DNA of 32,923 nt from an uncultured Flavobacteriaceae bacterium (GCA_964490545.1 CAZBCJ010000001.1:7981-40903); one strand, 5' to 3'; positions 7,940-17,969 are shown, counted from the stretch's first letter. A program made the numbers and translations. The notes: generated by a model from the letters alone, not told the origin.

Positions 7940-7960
7940 TATCCTACGATAATCAAACAT

Positions 7961-7989
7961 AAAAAAAGCACCATAAAGGTGCTTTTTTT
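7961..7989. terminator. Bidirectional intrinsic terminator between convergent genes
   Basis: A perfect 12-bp stem pairs aaaaaaagcacc (7961-7972) with ggtgcttttttt (7978-7989) around a 5-nt loop ataaa. An A-run and a T-run flank it, so it can act as a U-tract terminator on both strands. Confidence 0.85.
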
Positions 7990-8008
7990 ATTCACTATAT
8001 TTTACAAT

Positions 8009-8824
8009 TTAGTTATTGCCTAATATTAAAGGTAAGCCATCCTTTCCACTACCAACAACTACAATTTTAGCATTTGGAGATTGAGCAAGCAACAAGGTTG
8101 CTTCAATCCCTTTATCTCTTAGAATATTTGGGGTTAATGAAGCTGCTAATATTCTATTTGCATCAGCTTTACCTTGTGCTTCAATAACCTGTTTTTCAGC
8201 TTCCTTAGCTGCAGTAACTAATCTAAACTCATATTCTAGTGATTCCTGTTCCTGTTTTAGTTTTCTTTCAATTGCTTCCTTAATTGAAGGCGGAAGAGTT
8301 ACATCTCTTACTAAAACTTCATTTAATTGAATATATTGGTCATCAACAATTTTCTTAGTCTCAACATATATTTCTTGCTGAATAGCATCTCTTTTTGTTG
8401 AATATAACTGTTCAGGAGTATATCTACCTACGACACTTCTTGCAGCAGATCTAATTGCGGGTAAAAGTATTCTTTGTTTATAAGCCTCACTCTTTTCTTG
8501 ATGAAGTTTGCCTAACTCTTCATATTTTGGCTGAAACCACGCTGAAGCCTCAAGTTTAATATCCAATCCATTTGATGAAAGCACATTCATTTTTTCGAAA
8601 ACTTCTTGTTGTCTAACCTCATATATAAATACTTTATTCCAAGGAAGCACTAGATGAAATCCCTCACCCATTGGTGGCTCATCAGTGACTACACCTCCTC
8701 CAAAAATTTTATATAAAACCCCTGCTTCTCCAGAGCCTACAGTTACAAATGATTTAGCTAAAATTAACATGCTAAACGTTATGGTTATTAATAATGGTAT
8801 TCCTATTCTTGGTATTTTGTTCAT
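8009..8824 (-). CDS. SPFH/band-7 (prohibitin-homology) domain membrane protein
   Basis: It has an N-terminal TM anchor, an SPFH core and a coiled-coil-like EAIERKLKQEQESLEYEFRL...AEKQVIEAQGKADA segment typical of prohibitin/HflC-like proteins. Confidence 0.8.
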   Translation of the reverse strand: MNKIPRIGIPLLITITFSMLILAKSFVTVGSGEAGVLYKIFGGGVVTDEPPMGEGFHLVLPWNKVFIYEVRQQEVFEKMNVLSSNGLDIKLEASAWFQPKYEELGKLHQEKSEAYKQRILLPAIRSAARSVVGRYTPEQLYSTKRDAIQQEIYVETKKIVDDQYIQLNEVLVRDVTLPPSIKEAIERKLKQEQESLEYEFRLVTAAKEAEKQVIEAQGKADANRILAASLTPNILRDKGIEATLLLAQSPNAKIVVVGSGKDGLPLILGNN

Positions 8825-8849
8825 TTTTATTTTTTTTAATATTAATAAT

Positions 8850-9596
8850 TTATGTTAGTAATCCACCGTCGATGTTTAATACTTGTCCTGTGACATAGGA
8901 TGACATATCACTAGCCAGCCAAACACATGCATTAGCAACATCTACAGGAGTTCCTCCTCTTTTAAGAGGAATAGAATTTCTCCAATTTTCTATAATTTTT
9001 TCATCTAATTTTTTAGTCATTTCAGTTTCTATAAAACCTGGAGCAATAACATTACAACGAATATTTCTTGAACCTAATTCTAATGCAATAGATTTTGAAA
9101 ACCCAATAATACCTGCTTTTGAAGCAGCGTAATTTGATTGTCCTGCATTTCCTTTTACACCAACTACAGAACTCATGTTTATTATTGACCCACTTCTTTG
9201 TTTTAACATGATTTTTTGAACAGCTTTTGTCATATTAAATACTGAGTTTAGATTAACTTTTATGACTTGATTAAAATCTTCCTCTTGCATTCGCATTAAT
9301 AGATTATCTCTAGTAATACCAGCATTGTTAACTAATATATCAATACTATCAAAATCTTTGACTATTTTTTCTACAAGCTCTATTGAATCATTATAATTAG
9401 CTGCATCTGACTGATATGCTACTGCTTTTACTCCTAAACTAATTAATTCTTTTTCAAATTCTTTAGCTAATTCTACAGATTTACTAAAAGTGAATGCAAC
9501 ATTTGCGCCATTTGATGCAAATTCTTTAGCTATCCCCTTCCCTATGCCTCTTGAAGCACCAGTTATTATTGCTGTTTTTCCTTTTAGTAATTTCAT
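8850..9596 (-). CDS. fabG: 3-oxoacyl-[ACP] reductase
   Basis: It is a 248-aa short-chain dehydrogenase with TGASRGIGKGIA, NNAGIT and YAASKAG motifs and end-to-end similarity to FabG. Confidence 0.9.
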   Translation of the reverse strand: MKLLKGKTAIITGASRGIGKGIAKEFASNGANVAFTFSKSVELAKEFEKELISLGVKAVAYQSDAANYNDSIELVEKIVKDFDSIDILVNNAGITRDNLLMRMQEEDFNQVIKVNLNSVFNMTKAVQKIMLKQRSGSIINMSSVVGVKGNAGQSNYAASKAGIIGFSKSIALELGSRNIRCNVIAPGFIETEMTKKLDEKIIENWRNSIPLKRGGTPVDVANACVWLASDMSSYVTGQVLNIDGGLLT

Positions 9597-9632
9597 AAAA
9601 AATATAATTAAAATTAATAAAATATAATTTTA

Positions 9633-10505
9633 TTAAGACAATATACTATGTACTTTTTTTCCAATCTCTGCAGGAGAATCTACTACATTCACTCCATAGT
9701 TGAGCAATATTTTCTTTTTGGCTTTAGCAGTGTCATCAGAGCCTCCCACTATGGCGCCAGCATGCCCCATTGTTCTACCGCTGGGAGCTGTTTCTCCAGC
9801 AATAAACCCAACTACTGGTTTTTTACTATTACTATCATTATACCATTTAGCAGCTTCAGCTTCTAATTGTCCGCCTATTTCACCTATCATAACTATACAC
9901 TCTGTTTCGGAATCATTCACAAACATTTCCATAGCATCCTTGACAGTAGTTCCAATTATTGGATCTCCGCCAATCCCTATTGCTGTACTTATACCAAAAC
10001 CTTGTTTAACAACCTGATCAGCTGCTTCATATGTTAATGTTCCTGATTTAGATATAATACCAACTTTTCCTTTTTTAAATATAAATCCTGGCATAATGCC
10101 AACTTTAGCTTCATCTGGTGTTATAACGCCTGGACAATTAGGTCCAACCATTACACATGAGAACTTGTTTAAGTAATTTTTAACCTTAATCATATCAGAA
10201 ATTGGAATGCCTTCAGTAATAGTAATTATAACTTTAATTCCAGCTTCTGCTGCTTCAATAATTGCCTTAGCTGCATAAGCTGGAGGAACAAATATTATAC
10301 TTGTGTCTGCTTGCAATTCATCTACTGTTTCTTTAACTGTATTAAAGACTGGTCTTTCAAGATGTGTTTGACCTCCCTTTCCTGGTGTTACTCCAGCTAT
10401 AATATTAGTCCCATATTCAATCATTTGACTAGCATGGAATGTTCCTTCCTTTCCTGTAAATCCTTGAACAATTATTCTAGAATTCTTATCTACTAACACA
10501 CTCAT
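9633..10505 (-). CDS. sucD: Succinyl-CoA synthetase alpha subunit
   Basis: Motifs are VQGFTGKEGTFH, GPNCPGVITP, SKSGTLTYEA, GIGGDP and the phosphohistidine loop MGHAGAI. No sucC gene is adjacent. Confidence 0.95.
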   Translation of the reverse strand: MSVLVDKNSRIIVQGFTGKEGTFHASQMIEYGTNIIAGVTPGKGGQTHLERPVFNTVKETVDELQADTSIIFVPPAYAAKAIIEAAEAGIKVIITITEGIPISDMIKVKNYLNKFSCVMVGPNCPGVITPDEAKVGIMPGFIFKKGKVGIISKSGTLTYEAADQVVKQGFGISTAIGIGGDPIIGTTVKDAMEMFVNDSETECIVMIGEIGGQLEAEAAKWYNDSNSKKPVVGFIAGETAPSGRTMGHAGAIVGGSDDTAKAKKKILLNYGVNVVDSPAEIGKKVHSILS

Positions 10506-10522
10506 TCTTATTTATTTAAAAT

Positions 10523-11089
10523 TTATTCTTTAGCCCTTTCTTTATACTGTCCTTTAATGGAATCTACTTTTACCTTATCCCCTTCATTGATAAATAATGG
10601 AACATTAACTACTGCCCCTGTTTCTAATGTAGCAGGCTTTGTTGCATTTGTTGCTGTGTTTCCTTTAACTCCTGGTTCTGTAGAAACAACTTCAAGAATA
10701 ACATTTGCTGGCATTTCAACTGATAATGGCAATGCATTCTCAGAATTTGTAATTACAGTAACTATTTCGCCTTCTTTCATTAATTGAGGATTATCTAATA
10801 ACTTTTCCTCAATAGAGATTTGATTATAATCATCTGTATTCATAAAATGATACATATTATTATCATTATATAAATATTGAAATTTATTTGTTTCAACTCT
10901 AACAACATCTATCTTGTGTCCAGCAGAAAATGTGTTGTCTATAACTTTTCCAGATGTTAAGCTTTTTAGTTTTGTTCTTACAAAAGCAGGTCCTTTCCCA
11001 GGTTTAACATGTAAGAATTCTATAATTTTATATATGTCGTGACTATGTTTAATACATAGCCCGTTTCTAATATCAGAGGTATTACTCAT
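10523..11089 (-). CDS. efp: Translation elongation factor P
   Basis: The protein is 188 aa with EF-P signatures: HVKPGKGPAFVRTKLK, and GNTAT...KPATLETGAVVNVPLFI. Confidence 0.95.
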   Translation of the reverse strand: MSNTSDIRNGLCIKHSHDIYKIIEFLHVKPGKGPAFVRTKLKSLTSGKVIDNTFSAGHKIDVVRVETNKFQYLYNDNNMYHFMNTDDYNQISIEEKLLDNPQLMKEGEIVTVITNSENALPLSVEMPANVILEVVSTEPGVKGNTATNATKPATLETGAVVNVPLFINEGDKVKVDSIKGQYKERAKE

Positions 11090-11095
11090 TATCTT

Positions 11096-11881
11096 CTAAC
11101 TTGATTTGATATATCCTTTCATAATACCCCTATGTGAGTTTCTTATGAATTGAAGTATTTCATCTCTTTCATTAGAAGCTTCCATTTCAGCCTCTATAAT
11201 TTCACAAGCCTGAGTATTATTATAGGATTTTTGATATAAAATCCTATAAATGTTTTGAATTTCTTTTATTTTTTCGGATTTAAACCCTCTTCTTCTTAGA
11301 CCAACAGAATTAATACCTAGATAAGACATAGGTACTCTAGCGGCTTTAACATATGGAGGAACATCTTTTCTCACTAAACATCCACCAGTAACAAATGCAT
11401 GATTCCCGATTGAACAGAACTGGTGCACTGCAACAAATCCGGAAATTATCACATAATCCCCAACAGTAACATGTCCCGCAAGAGTTGTGCTATTTGAAAA
11501 GATACAATTATCTCCAACTATGCAGTCGTGAGCAATATGACTATACGCCATTATTAAACAGTTATTACCAACAACTGTTTTATTTCTATCATTAGTTCCT
11601 TTATTTATAGTAGTACATTCTCTCACTGTCACATTATCCCCTATTTCAACATATGTTTTCTCATTATTATATTTTAAATCTTGAGGAATACCAGATATTA
11701 CTGCTCCAGGAAATATATTACAGTTTTTCCCAATTCTTGCTCCATCCAGTATTGAAACATTTGATCCTATCCAGCTACCCTCTCCAATGACAACATCTGC
11801 ATCTATAGAAGTGAATGGTTCAATAACTACATTTTTTGCAATTTTTGCATCGGGATGAATATATGATAATGGTTGTTTCAT
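11096..11881 (-). CDS. lpxA: UDP-N-acetylglucosamine acyltransferase
   Basis: It has left-handed beta-helix hexapeptide repeats and the LpxA C-terminal helical domain. It sits in lpx synteny, 2 nt downstream of lpxC-fabZ. Confidence 0.9.
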   Translation of the reverse strand: MKQPLSYIHPDAKIAKNVVIEPFTSIDADVVIGEGSWIGSNVSILDGARIGKNCNIFPGAVISGIPQDLKYNNEKTYVEIGDNVTVRECTTINKGTNDRNKTVVGNNCLIMAYSHIAHDCIVGDNCIFSNSTTLAGHVTVGDYVIISGFVAVHQFCSIGNHAFVTGGCLVRKDVPPYVKAARVPMSYLGINSVGLRRRGFKSEKIKEIQNIYRILYQKSYNNTQACEIIEAEMEASNERDEILQFIRNSHRGIMKGYIKSS

Positions 11882-11883
11882 AT

Positions 11884-13308
11884 TTACTTAACTTTTGTTA
11901 TTTGGGCTGTTAGTTCCGCTTCTGCGCATAATCTATCATTTACAAAAGCTAATCCCTTCATATGACAAATTCCTCTTCTAACAGGGTTTCGCAAGTTACA
12001 TTTAAAAATTATAGTATCCCCAGGAAAAACCTTGTTTTTAAATTTAACCTTATCAATTTTTGCAAAAAATGTTAAATAATTCTCAGGATCAGGAACCTTT
12101 GACAATACAAGTATTCCACCAATCTGTGCCATCGCTTCAACTATTATAACTCCTGGTAAGATAGGATAATCAGGAAAATGCCCTTTGAAAAAATATTCAT
12201 CTGACTTAAGATGTTTTAATCCAAGTATATTGTTATCATTCAACTCGTAAATCTCATCAATAAACAAAAATGGATGTCTATGTGGCAAAATTTTCATTAT
12301 TTTTTTTGCATCCATTATAGGTTTTTTCCCTTTTAATGTTGGAACTTTTCCTATTTTCATTTCTTTTTTTCTTTCTTTCAAAGCCTGATCTATTACAGAG
12401 CCCATTTTCCTTGCGAATTCTGTGTTTATATAATGCCCAGGTTTAGTAGCAATTACTCTTCCTCTAATCTTAGTGCCAATTAATGCTAGATCACCAATAA
12501 CATCCAATAGTTTGTGACGAGCTGCTTCATTAGGGTAATGGAGAGTTAGATTGTCAAGTATACCATTTGGAGTCACTTTTATTTCTTCTTTATCAAATGC
12601 TTTTTTTAATTTCTCCATTGTAGGTTTTGATAAAGGCATGTCTACATAAACTATGGCATTGTTTAGGTCACCACCTTTAATTAAACCTTTATTAAGGAGC
12701 ATCTCTATTTCATGTAAAAAACTAAATGTTCGTGAATCAGATATGTCTTTCTTAAAGTTTTTTATCGAACTCATTGTTGCGTTTTGAGTTCCTAGGACTT
12801 TAGTGCCAAAATCAACCATTGTTGTTATTTGATATTCACTTGAAGGAATTACTGTTATTTCACTGCCACTTTTTGAATCTTTATATGAGATAATATCTCT
12901 TACTACAAATTCTTTTCTTTTTTTATTAAGTTCTTTTTTCCCAGCAGATTCAAGAGCTTTAACAAAAACCTTTGAAGAACCATCCATTATAGGAGGTTCA
13001 GAGGCATCTAGCTCTATTTTAACATTGTCTATTTCTAATCCCACCAGAGCTGCTAAAACATGCTCGCAAGTTTGAATTTTTACATTGTTTTTATTTAGAC
13101 ATGTTCCCCTATCAGTATTAAAAACATATTTAATATTTGCTTCAATGACTGGTTGGTCTTTAAGATCAATTCTTGTAAATGTATACCCATTATCTGCATC
13201 GGCCGGTTTAAAAGTTAAGTTAACTTCTCTCCCAGTATGTATTCCAACTCCTGTTAAGGATATTGATTTCTTTATAGTGGTTTGATTTTCGTTAGTTGTA
13301 ACTATCAT
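11884..13308 (-). CDS. lpxC/fabZ: Bifunctional UDP-3-O-acyl-GlcNAc deacetylase / 3-hydroxyacyl-ACP dehydratase (LpxC-FabZ fusion)
   Basis: The N-terminal LpxC domain shows [16 protein letters not shown] and [12 protein letters not shown]. The C-terminal FabZ hotdog shows [27 protein letters not shown] and EAMAQ. This fusion is standard in Bacteroidota. The start overlaps the lpxD stop by 4 nt. Confidence 0.95.
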   Translation of the reverse strand: MIVTTNENQTTIKKSISLTGVGIHTGREVNLTFKPADADNGYTFTRIDLKDQPVIEANIKYVFNTDRGTCLNKNNVKIQTCEHVLAALVGLEIDNVKIELDASEPPIMDGSSKVFVKALESAGKKELNKKRKEFVVRDIISYKDSKSGSEITVIPSSEYQITTMVDFGTKVLGTQNATMSSIKNFKKDISDSRTFSFLHEIEMLLNKGLIKGGDLNNAIVYVDMPLSKPTMEKLKKAFDKEEIKVTPNGILDNLTLHYPNEAARHKLLDVIGDLALIGTKIRGRVIATKPGHYINTEFARKMGSVIDQALKERKKEMKIGKVPTLKGKKPIMDAKKIMKILPHRHPFLFIDEIYELNDNNILGLKHLKSDEYFFKGHFPDYPILPGVIIVEAMAQIGGILVLSKVPDPENYLTFFAKIDKVKFKNKVFPGDTIIFKCNLRNPVRRGICHMKGLAFVNDRLCAEAELTAQITKVK

Positions 13309-14321
13309 TTTTTCTTTTTTAGATTTTCAATATCCTTTACATATTTATCTAAATTCTTAAAGTGAACATATGATTTATTAAAAGCTTTTTCCTCAAATGC
13401 TGGACTTCCCTTAATTATTAAACCATCTTTAACGCTTTTGAAAACACATGCTTTTCCATTAATTTTAACATTGTCTCCAATTGTTATGTGTCCTACCATA
13501 CCTACATGCCCTCCAATTTGACAATTCTTTCCAATTTTTGTTGAACCAGCTATTCCACATTGAGCAGCCATAACTGTATTTTCACCTATAACCACATTAT
13601 GTCCTATTTGAACCAAATTATCAAGCTTTACCCCTTTATTTATTACTGTTGAGCCTAATGTTGCTCGATCAATTGTAGTAGAAGCTCCTATTTCAACATT
13701 GTCTTTAATTATTACATTTCCTATTTGAGGAACTTTTTGAAATTTTCCTGAACTATCAGGAGCAAAACCAAACCCATCAGAACCAATAACTGAGTTTGAA
13801 TGTAAAATACAATTATTGCCAATTACACTGTTTTTATAGATTGCAGCACCAGAGTAAATAATTGAATTATTCCCAATACTTACATTATCATCTATATTAA
13901 CATTATTTAGTATGACAACATTTTTTCCTATAACAACATTTTCACCAATACAAGAAAAGTGACCAATGGAAACATTTTTTCCAATTTTAGATGAAGCTGA
14001 AATTACTGCAGAATCATTTATTCCTGATTTTTTGATAGAACTATCATGAAATTTGTGCAGCAATTTAACAAATGCTATATATGGGTCTTTAACTCTAATT
14101 AGTGTAGCAGATATACTTTTTTTAGGGTTAAAATCTTTAGAAACAATTATAATTGAAGCTTTTGTTTTGTATACCCAAGGAATATACTTCTTGTTACCCA
14201 AAAAAGTAATAGAATTTTTTGTTGATTCTTCAATTTTATTTAATGAAGTGACTTCCTTAGAAGAAATTCCATCAATTTTTCCATTTAATATTTCTGATAT
14301 TTCTAGCGCAGTATATTTCAT
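13305..14321 (-). CDS. lpxD: UDP-3-O-acylglucosamine N-acyltransferase
   Basis: It has hexapeptide repeats and an LpxD N-terminal domain. I prefer the ATG at 14321 ([12 protein letters not shown]). The track start at 14330 is a TTG that forms the last three bases of a TAATTTTG -7 box. Confidence 0.9.
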   Translation of the reverse strand: MKYTALEISEILNGKIDGISSKEVTSLNKIEESTKNSITFLGNKKYIPWVYKTKASIIIVSKDFNPKKSISATLIRVKDPYIAFVKLLHKFHDSSIKKSGINDSAVISASSKIGKNVSIGHFSCIGENVVIGKNVVILNNVNIDDNVSIGNNSIIYSGAAIYKNSVIGNNCILHSNSVIGSDGFGFAPDSSGKFQKVPQIGNVIIKDNVEIGASTTIDRATLGSTVINKGVKLDNLVQIGHNVVIGENTVMAAQCGIAGSTKIGKNCQIGGHVGMVGHITIGDNVKINGKACVFKSVKDGLIIKGSPAFEEKAFNKSYVHFKNLDKYVKDIENLKKKK

Positions 14322-14327
14322 TGCATG

Positions 14328-14335
14328 CAAAATTA
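14328..14335 (-). promoter_or_regulatory. Bacteroidetes-type -7 box (TAATTTTG) upstream of lpxD
   Basis: The plus strand reads caaaatta, which is TAnnTTTG on the minus strand, with only 6 nt before the ATG at 14321. It is the candidate promoter for the minus-strand run from lpxD down to the SPFH gene. Confidence 0.3.
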
Positions 14336-14430
14336 GGAAATTTCAATAAATTCATTGTTAATGTAATCACAAAAGTTTAATGGTAATAATTATGTAAATT
14401 TACGCTTTGTAAACTTATATACTTGTATAG

Positions 14431-15993
14431 ATGATTAAAACGAATATTCTATGGGTTGATGATGAAGTTGACTTATTAAAACCTCACATAATTTTCTTAG
14501 AAAACAAGAATTTTTTAATTCAAACTTGCAATAATGGATCTGATGCTGTAGAAATGATTAGGAATGAGAATTTTGATGCTGTTCTTTTAGATGAAAATAT
14601 GCCTGGATTAAATGGTATTGAGACCCTTTCTCTTATGAGAGATATTAATACAACTATTCCTATAATCATGATAACTAAAAGCGAGGAAGAGAATATAATG
14701 GATGATGCTATTGGAAACAAAATTTCAGATTATTTAATTAAACCTGTAAATCCAAAACAAATCTTTTTGAGCTTAAAAAAGAATTTAAATGACAGAGATC
14801 TTATTTCTGATAAAACTATTTCAGATTATCAACAAGAATTTAGAAAAATTTCGATTGAACTATCAGATATAGACTCAGTCAAAGGATGGGTGGATATGTA
14901 TCTAAAGTTAGTCTCTTGGGAGATAAAATTAGAAGAGAATAATAATGATACAATGATGGAAGTACTTATCTCTCAAAAAACTGAAGCTAATAGGTTATTT
15001 GCAAAATTTATTGAGAATAATTATCAACAATGGGTAAACGATATATCATCTAGCCCAATGCTCTCTAATTCCCTAATTAAAGACAGATTAGTGAAGGAAT
15101 TATCTGATTCAAAGCCTACTTTATTTTTAGTAATTGATAATTTAAGATACGATCAATGGAGAGTTCTCGAGCCATTGATTAATGATTACTATAATAAAAT
15201 TCATGAAGAAGCTTATTTTAGTATTCTTCCAACAACTACACAATATTCAAGAAATTCTCTTTTTTCTGGATTAATGCCTTCTGAAATACAAAAAAATCAT
15301 CCTAATTATTGGAAAAATGATTCTGATGAAGGTGGTAAAAACCTTTATGAAGAACAGCTCTTAAAAGATAATCTAAACAGATTAGGACGTAGTAATATCT
15401 CTTGTGAATACAACAAAATTACTAATCTTAAAAATGGACAAAAATTATCGGTTAATTTAAAAGCTAAATTGAAAAACGATTTAACTGTAATTGTCTACAA
15501 TTTTGTTGATATGTTATCACATTCAAAAACTGAAATGGAAATAATAAAAGAATTGGCATCAAATGATAAAGGATATAGATCATTGACATTAAGTTGGTTT
15601 AAAAACTCTCCCCTATTTGAAATCATTAAAAAAGGATATGAGTATGGGTTTAAGTTAGTAGTAACAACTGATCATGGGACAATTAATGTAAAGAATCCTT
15701 CAAAAATTATTGGTGATAAAGAAACAAGTCAAAACCTCAGATATAAAACTGGAAGGAGTCTTACTTATAATAACAAAGAAGTTGTTTCATTTAATAATCC
15801 TAATGATATTTTTCTGCCTAATATTTCACTAAATAGCTCATATGTATTTGCAAAAGAAAGCACGTACCTAGTATATCCTAACAACTATAATTATTATGTC
15901 AATTTTTTTAGAGACACCTATCAACATGGAGGTATTTCTTTGGAAGAAATTATAATTCCCTATGCTGTGTTAATGCCGAAAATTAAAAAATGA
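14431..15993 (+). CDS. porX: PorX-type response regulator (CheY-like receiver fused to a PglZ/alkaline-phosphatase-superfamily domain)
   Basis: The receiver has the acidic pocket VDDE and a putative phospho-acceptor Asp in VLLDENMPGLNG. The C-terminal PglZ motifs are LVIDNLRYDQW and TTDHGT. The length (520 aa) and architecture match the T9SS regulator PorX. Confidence 0.8.
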   Translation: MIKTNILWVDDEVDLLKPHIIFLENKNFLIQTCNNGSDAVEMIRNENFDAVLLDENMPGLNGIETLSLMRDINTTIPIIMITKSEEENIMDDAIGNKISDYLIKPVNPKQIFLSLKKNLNDRDLISDKTISDYQQEFRKISIELSDIDSVKGWVDMYLKLVSWEIKLEENNNDTMMEVLISQKTEANRLFAKFIENNYQQWVNDISSSPMLSNSLIKDRLVKELSDSKPTLFLVIDNLRYDQWRVLEPLINDYYNKIHEEAYFSILPTTTQYSRNSLFSGLMPSEIQKNHPNYWKNDSDEGGKNLYEEQLLKDNLNRLGRSNISCEYNKITNLKNGQKLSVNLKAKLKNDLTVIVYNFVDMLSHSKTEMEIIKELASNDKGYRSLTLSWFKNSPLFEIIKKGYEYGFKLVVTTDHGTINVKNPSKIIGDKETSQNLRYKTGRSLTYNNKEVVSFNNPNDIFLPNISLNSSYVFAKESTYLVYPNNYNYYVNFFRDTYQHGGISLEEIIIPYAVLMPKIKK

Positions 15994-16403
15994 CAAAGGA
16001 CATCAATTATTCAATTAAAGAAATTGGTAAGACAGCTAAGATAGTTTTATCGTTAAATCCATCTGTAAAAATATTTATTTTTAATGGAGAGATGGGGTCA
16101 GGAAAAACTACTATAATCAAGGCTTTAATAAAGGAGTTAGGATATAAAGGAAATGTTAGCAGCCCTACATTCTCTTTAATAAATGAATATCTCAATGGCG
16201 ATAAAATATATCATTTCGATTTTTATCGTATTAATAGTAGAAATGAATTATTAGATATAGGAATAGACGAATACATCAGCAGCAATAATTGGTGTTTTAT
16301 TGAATGGCCTAGCTTAATTGTTGATATGCTTCCAGATAATCATATCGAATTAAATATAGATGTTATTTCAAGTGATCATAGAAAATTAAGGATTAACTAT
16401 TAG
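15990..16403 (+). CDS. tsaE: tRNA t6A37 threonylcarbamoyl-transfer complex ATPase TsaE
   Basis: The protein is 137 aa with P-loop GEMGSGKTT, SPTFSL and HFDFYR motifs. Its ATG overlaps the porX stop (ATGA). Confidence 0.85.
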   Translation: MTKDINYSIKEIGKTAKIVLSLNPSVKIFIFNGEMGSGKTTIIKALIKELGYKGNVSSPTFSLINEYLNGDKIYHFDFYRINSRNELLDIGIDEYISSNNWCFIEWPSLIVDMLPDNHIELNIDVISSDHRKLRINY

Positions 16404-16413
16404 GTGTTTATTT

Positions 16414-16779
16414 ATGAATTTTTATAAAAGATTAATGTTTTTTTCATCTGGATTTGTTATTGGGTTATTACTCCTATCTTTCTTTTTAGTCGGTAAAAGA
16501 GCCTCATGCAGCTATCTTCCTAATGATAGAGTTATAAAAAATATAAATACAAAAAAAATAATTTATGATAAGCTCTATGATACAATAACCTCATCTGATT
16601 CAATCTTAATAAAAAAAGTTATTACTAGTGGTAGAATTGATTTCTCTAAAAGTAAAATAGGACTAGACTCTTGTAATTATTATCATATCGGAAATAAAAT
16701 AGATGGAAGAAAATATGTGGTATTATTAAATAATTGTGATGAATATGTACTGGTAGATAAGTTTCTAAAATTGAATTAA
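16414..16779 (+). CDS. Hypothetical small protein with an N-terminal membrane anchor
   Basis: There is a single N-terminal hydrophobic helix (MFFSSGFVIGLLLLSFFLV). I recognise no family. Its stop overlaps the stop of the convergent gene. Confidence 0.55.
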   Translation: MNFYKRLMFFSSGFVIGLLLLSFFLVGKRASCSYLPNDRVIKNINTKKIIYDKLYDTITSSDSILIKKVITSGRIDFSKSKIGLDSCNYYHIGNKIDGRKYVVLLNNCDEYVLVDKFLKLN

Positions 16780-17969
16780 TTAACTGACTCCAATTTTCTT
16801 CTTTTTATTTCCTTGCTTATTAGTTTAAGTTCTCTAGAGGTCTGACCAGAGACAGATGTATTTTCATCTAATCTTCTAATTAGGTATGGAAGAACTTCTT
16901 TAACTGGACCATATGGTAGATATTTACACACATTATACTTGTTTATAGCTAAATTAAAGCTGATATGATCACTCATTCCATATAATTGGCTAAACCATAT
17001 TCTTTTATCATTATTTTTTATTACATATTTGTTCATTATTTCAGTAGCCAAAAGATTACTTCTTTCATTATGAGATCCAATAAATAGATTAAAATCATTG
17101 ATATTATTAAAAATAAAACGCATGCACTTGTTAAAGTTTTCATCTGTTTTTACCTTTGTTTCACAAATCGGAGATTTATAATTTTTAGATTTAGCTCTTT
17201 TTCTTTCTTTTTCCATATATGCCCCCCTAACTAATTTGATACCTATCTTTATATCTGATCTAGAAAGTCTCTTATGTAAGTCAGATAAATATTCAAAGCG
17301 ATCTATTTTATATGCTTGTATAGTGTTATATATAATACATGATGAATTATTATACTTAATCATTAGCTTTTCAATTAGTTCATCTATTGGTTTTTGAATC
17401 CAACTCTCTTCAGCATCTATTAAAATCGATATTCCAGCTTCTGCAGCAGAATTACATATCTTATCATATCTTTGCTCAACTCTTTGCCATTCATCAATTT
17501 CATTTTCATTCAAACTATCATTGTTAGCCTTTTTTAGGTATAAATCAAATCTTCCAACAGCTGTAGGCTTAAATACTATAAAAGATGATAAAGACTCTTT
17601 TTTACTTATATCAATTAATTCTAATGTTTTGTTTAAAGTATGTTCGTAACTACTTTCTGTATTAGCCCCTTCAATAGAGTAATTTAATATACATCTTATA
17701 TTATTCTGATTTAGTTTATTTATTACTTTGAAACATTCTTTTTCATTTTCTCCACCACAGAATTGTTCAAATATTGTTTGTTTAATCATCTTATCTATTG
17801 GGAAACGTATTTTTATTAACAAGTTTAAAAAGTACTTTCCTATAAATGTCAGTGAGGGATATGATAGTAATTTAAACAAAATATAAGCCCTTTTTAGCTC
17901 ATAATTTGATTTATAGCTAAATGCTGTCTTTGTATCGTCAAAATGGCTTAAAAGGCTCATTATATCCAT
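16776..17969 (-). CDS. Proline dehydrogenase (monofunctional PutA-like)
   Basis: Proline dehydrogenase family motifs are present: FCGGE, IDAEESWIQ, NTIQAY, KLVRGAYMEKER, GSHNERS, FSQLYGMSD and YLPYGP...PYLIRRLDENTS. Confidence 0.85.
   Translation of the reverse strand: MDIMSLLSHFDDTKTAFSYKSNYELKRAYILFKLLSYPSLTFIGKYFLNLLIKIRFPIDKMIKQTIFEQFCGGENEKECFKVINKLNQNNIRCILNYSIEGANTESSYEHTLNKTLELIDISKKESLSSFIVFKPTAVGRFDLYLKKANNDSLNENEIDEWQRVEQRYDKICNSAAEAGISILIDAEESWIQKPIDELIEKLMIKYNNSSCIIYNTIQAYKIDRFEYLSDLHKRLSRSDIKIGIKLVRGAYMEKERKRAKSKNYKSPICETKVKTDENFNKCMRFIFNNINDFNLFIGSHNERSNLLATEIMNKYVIKNNDKRIWFSQLYGMSDHISFNLAINKYNVCKYLPYGPVKEVLPYLIRRLDENTSVSGQTSRELKLISKEIKRRKLESVN

Noticed and set aside
11884-13308. 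The LpxC-FabZ fusion protein might be an unusual gene fusion.
   Set aside because: This fusion is the normal state in Bacteroidota, so it serves as a taxonomic marker and is not novel.
14431-15993. The PglZ domain could mark a BREX or other phage-defence system.
   Set aside because: The PglZ domain is fused to a CheY-like receiver in the PorX architecture. No BREX partners (methyltransferase, BrxC ATPase, BrxL and others) are nearby, and the flanks are housekeeping genes (lpxD, tsaE).
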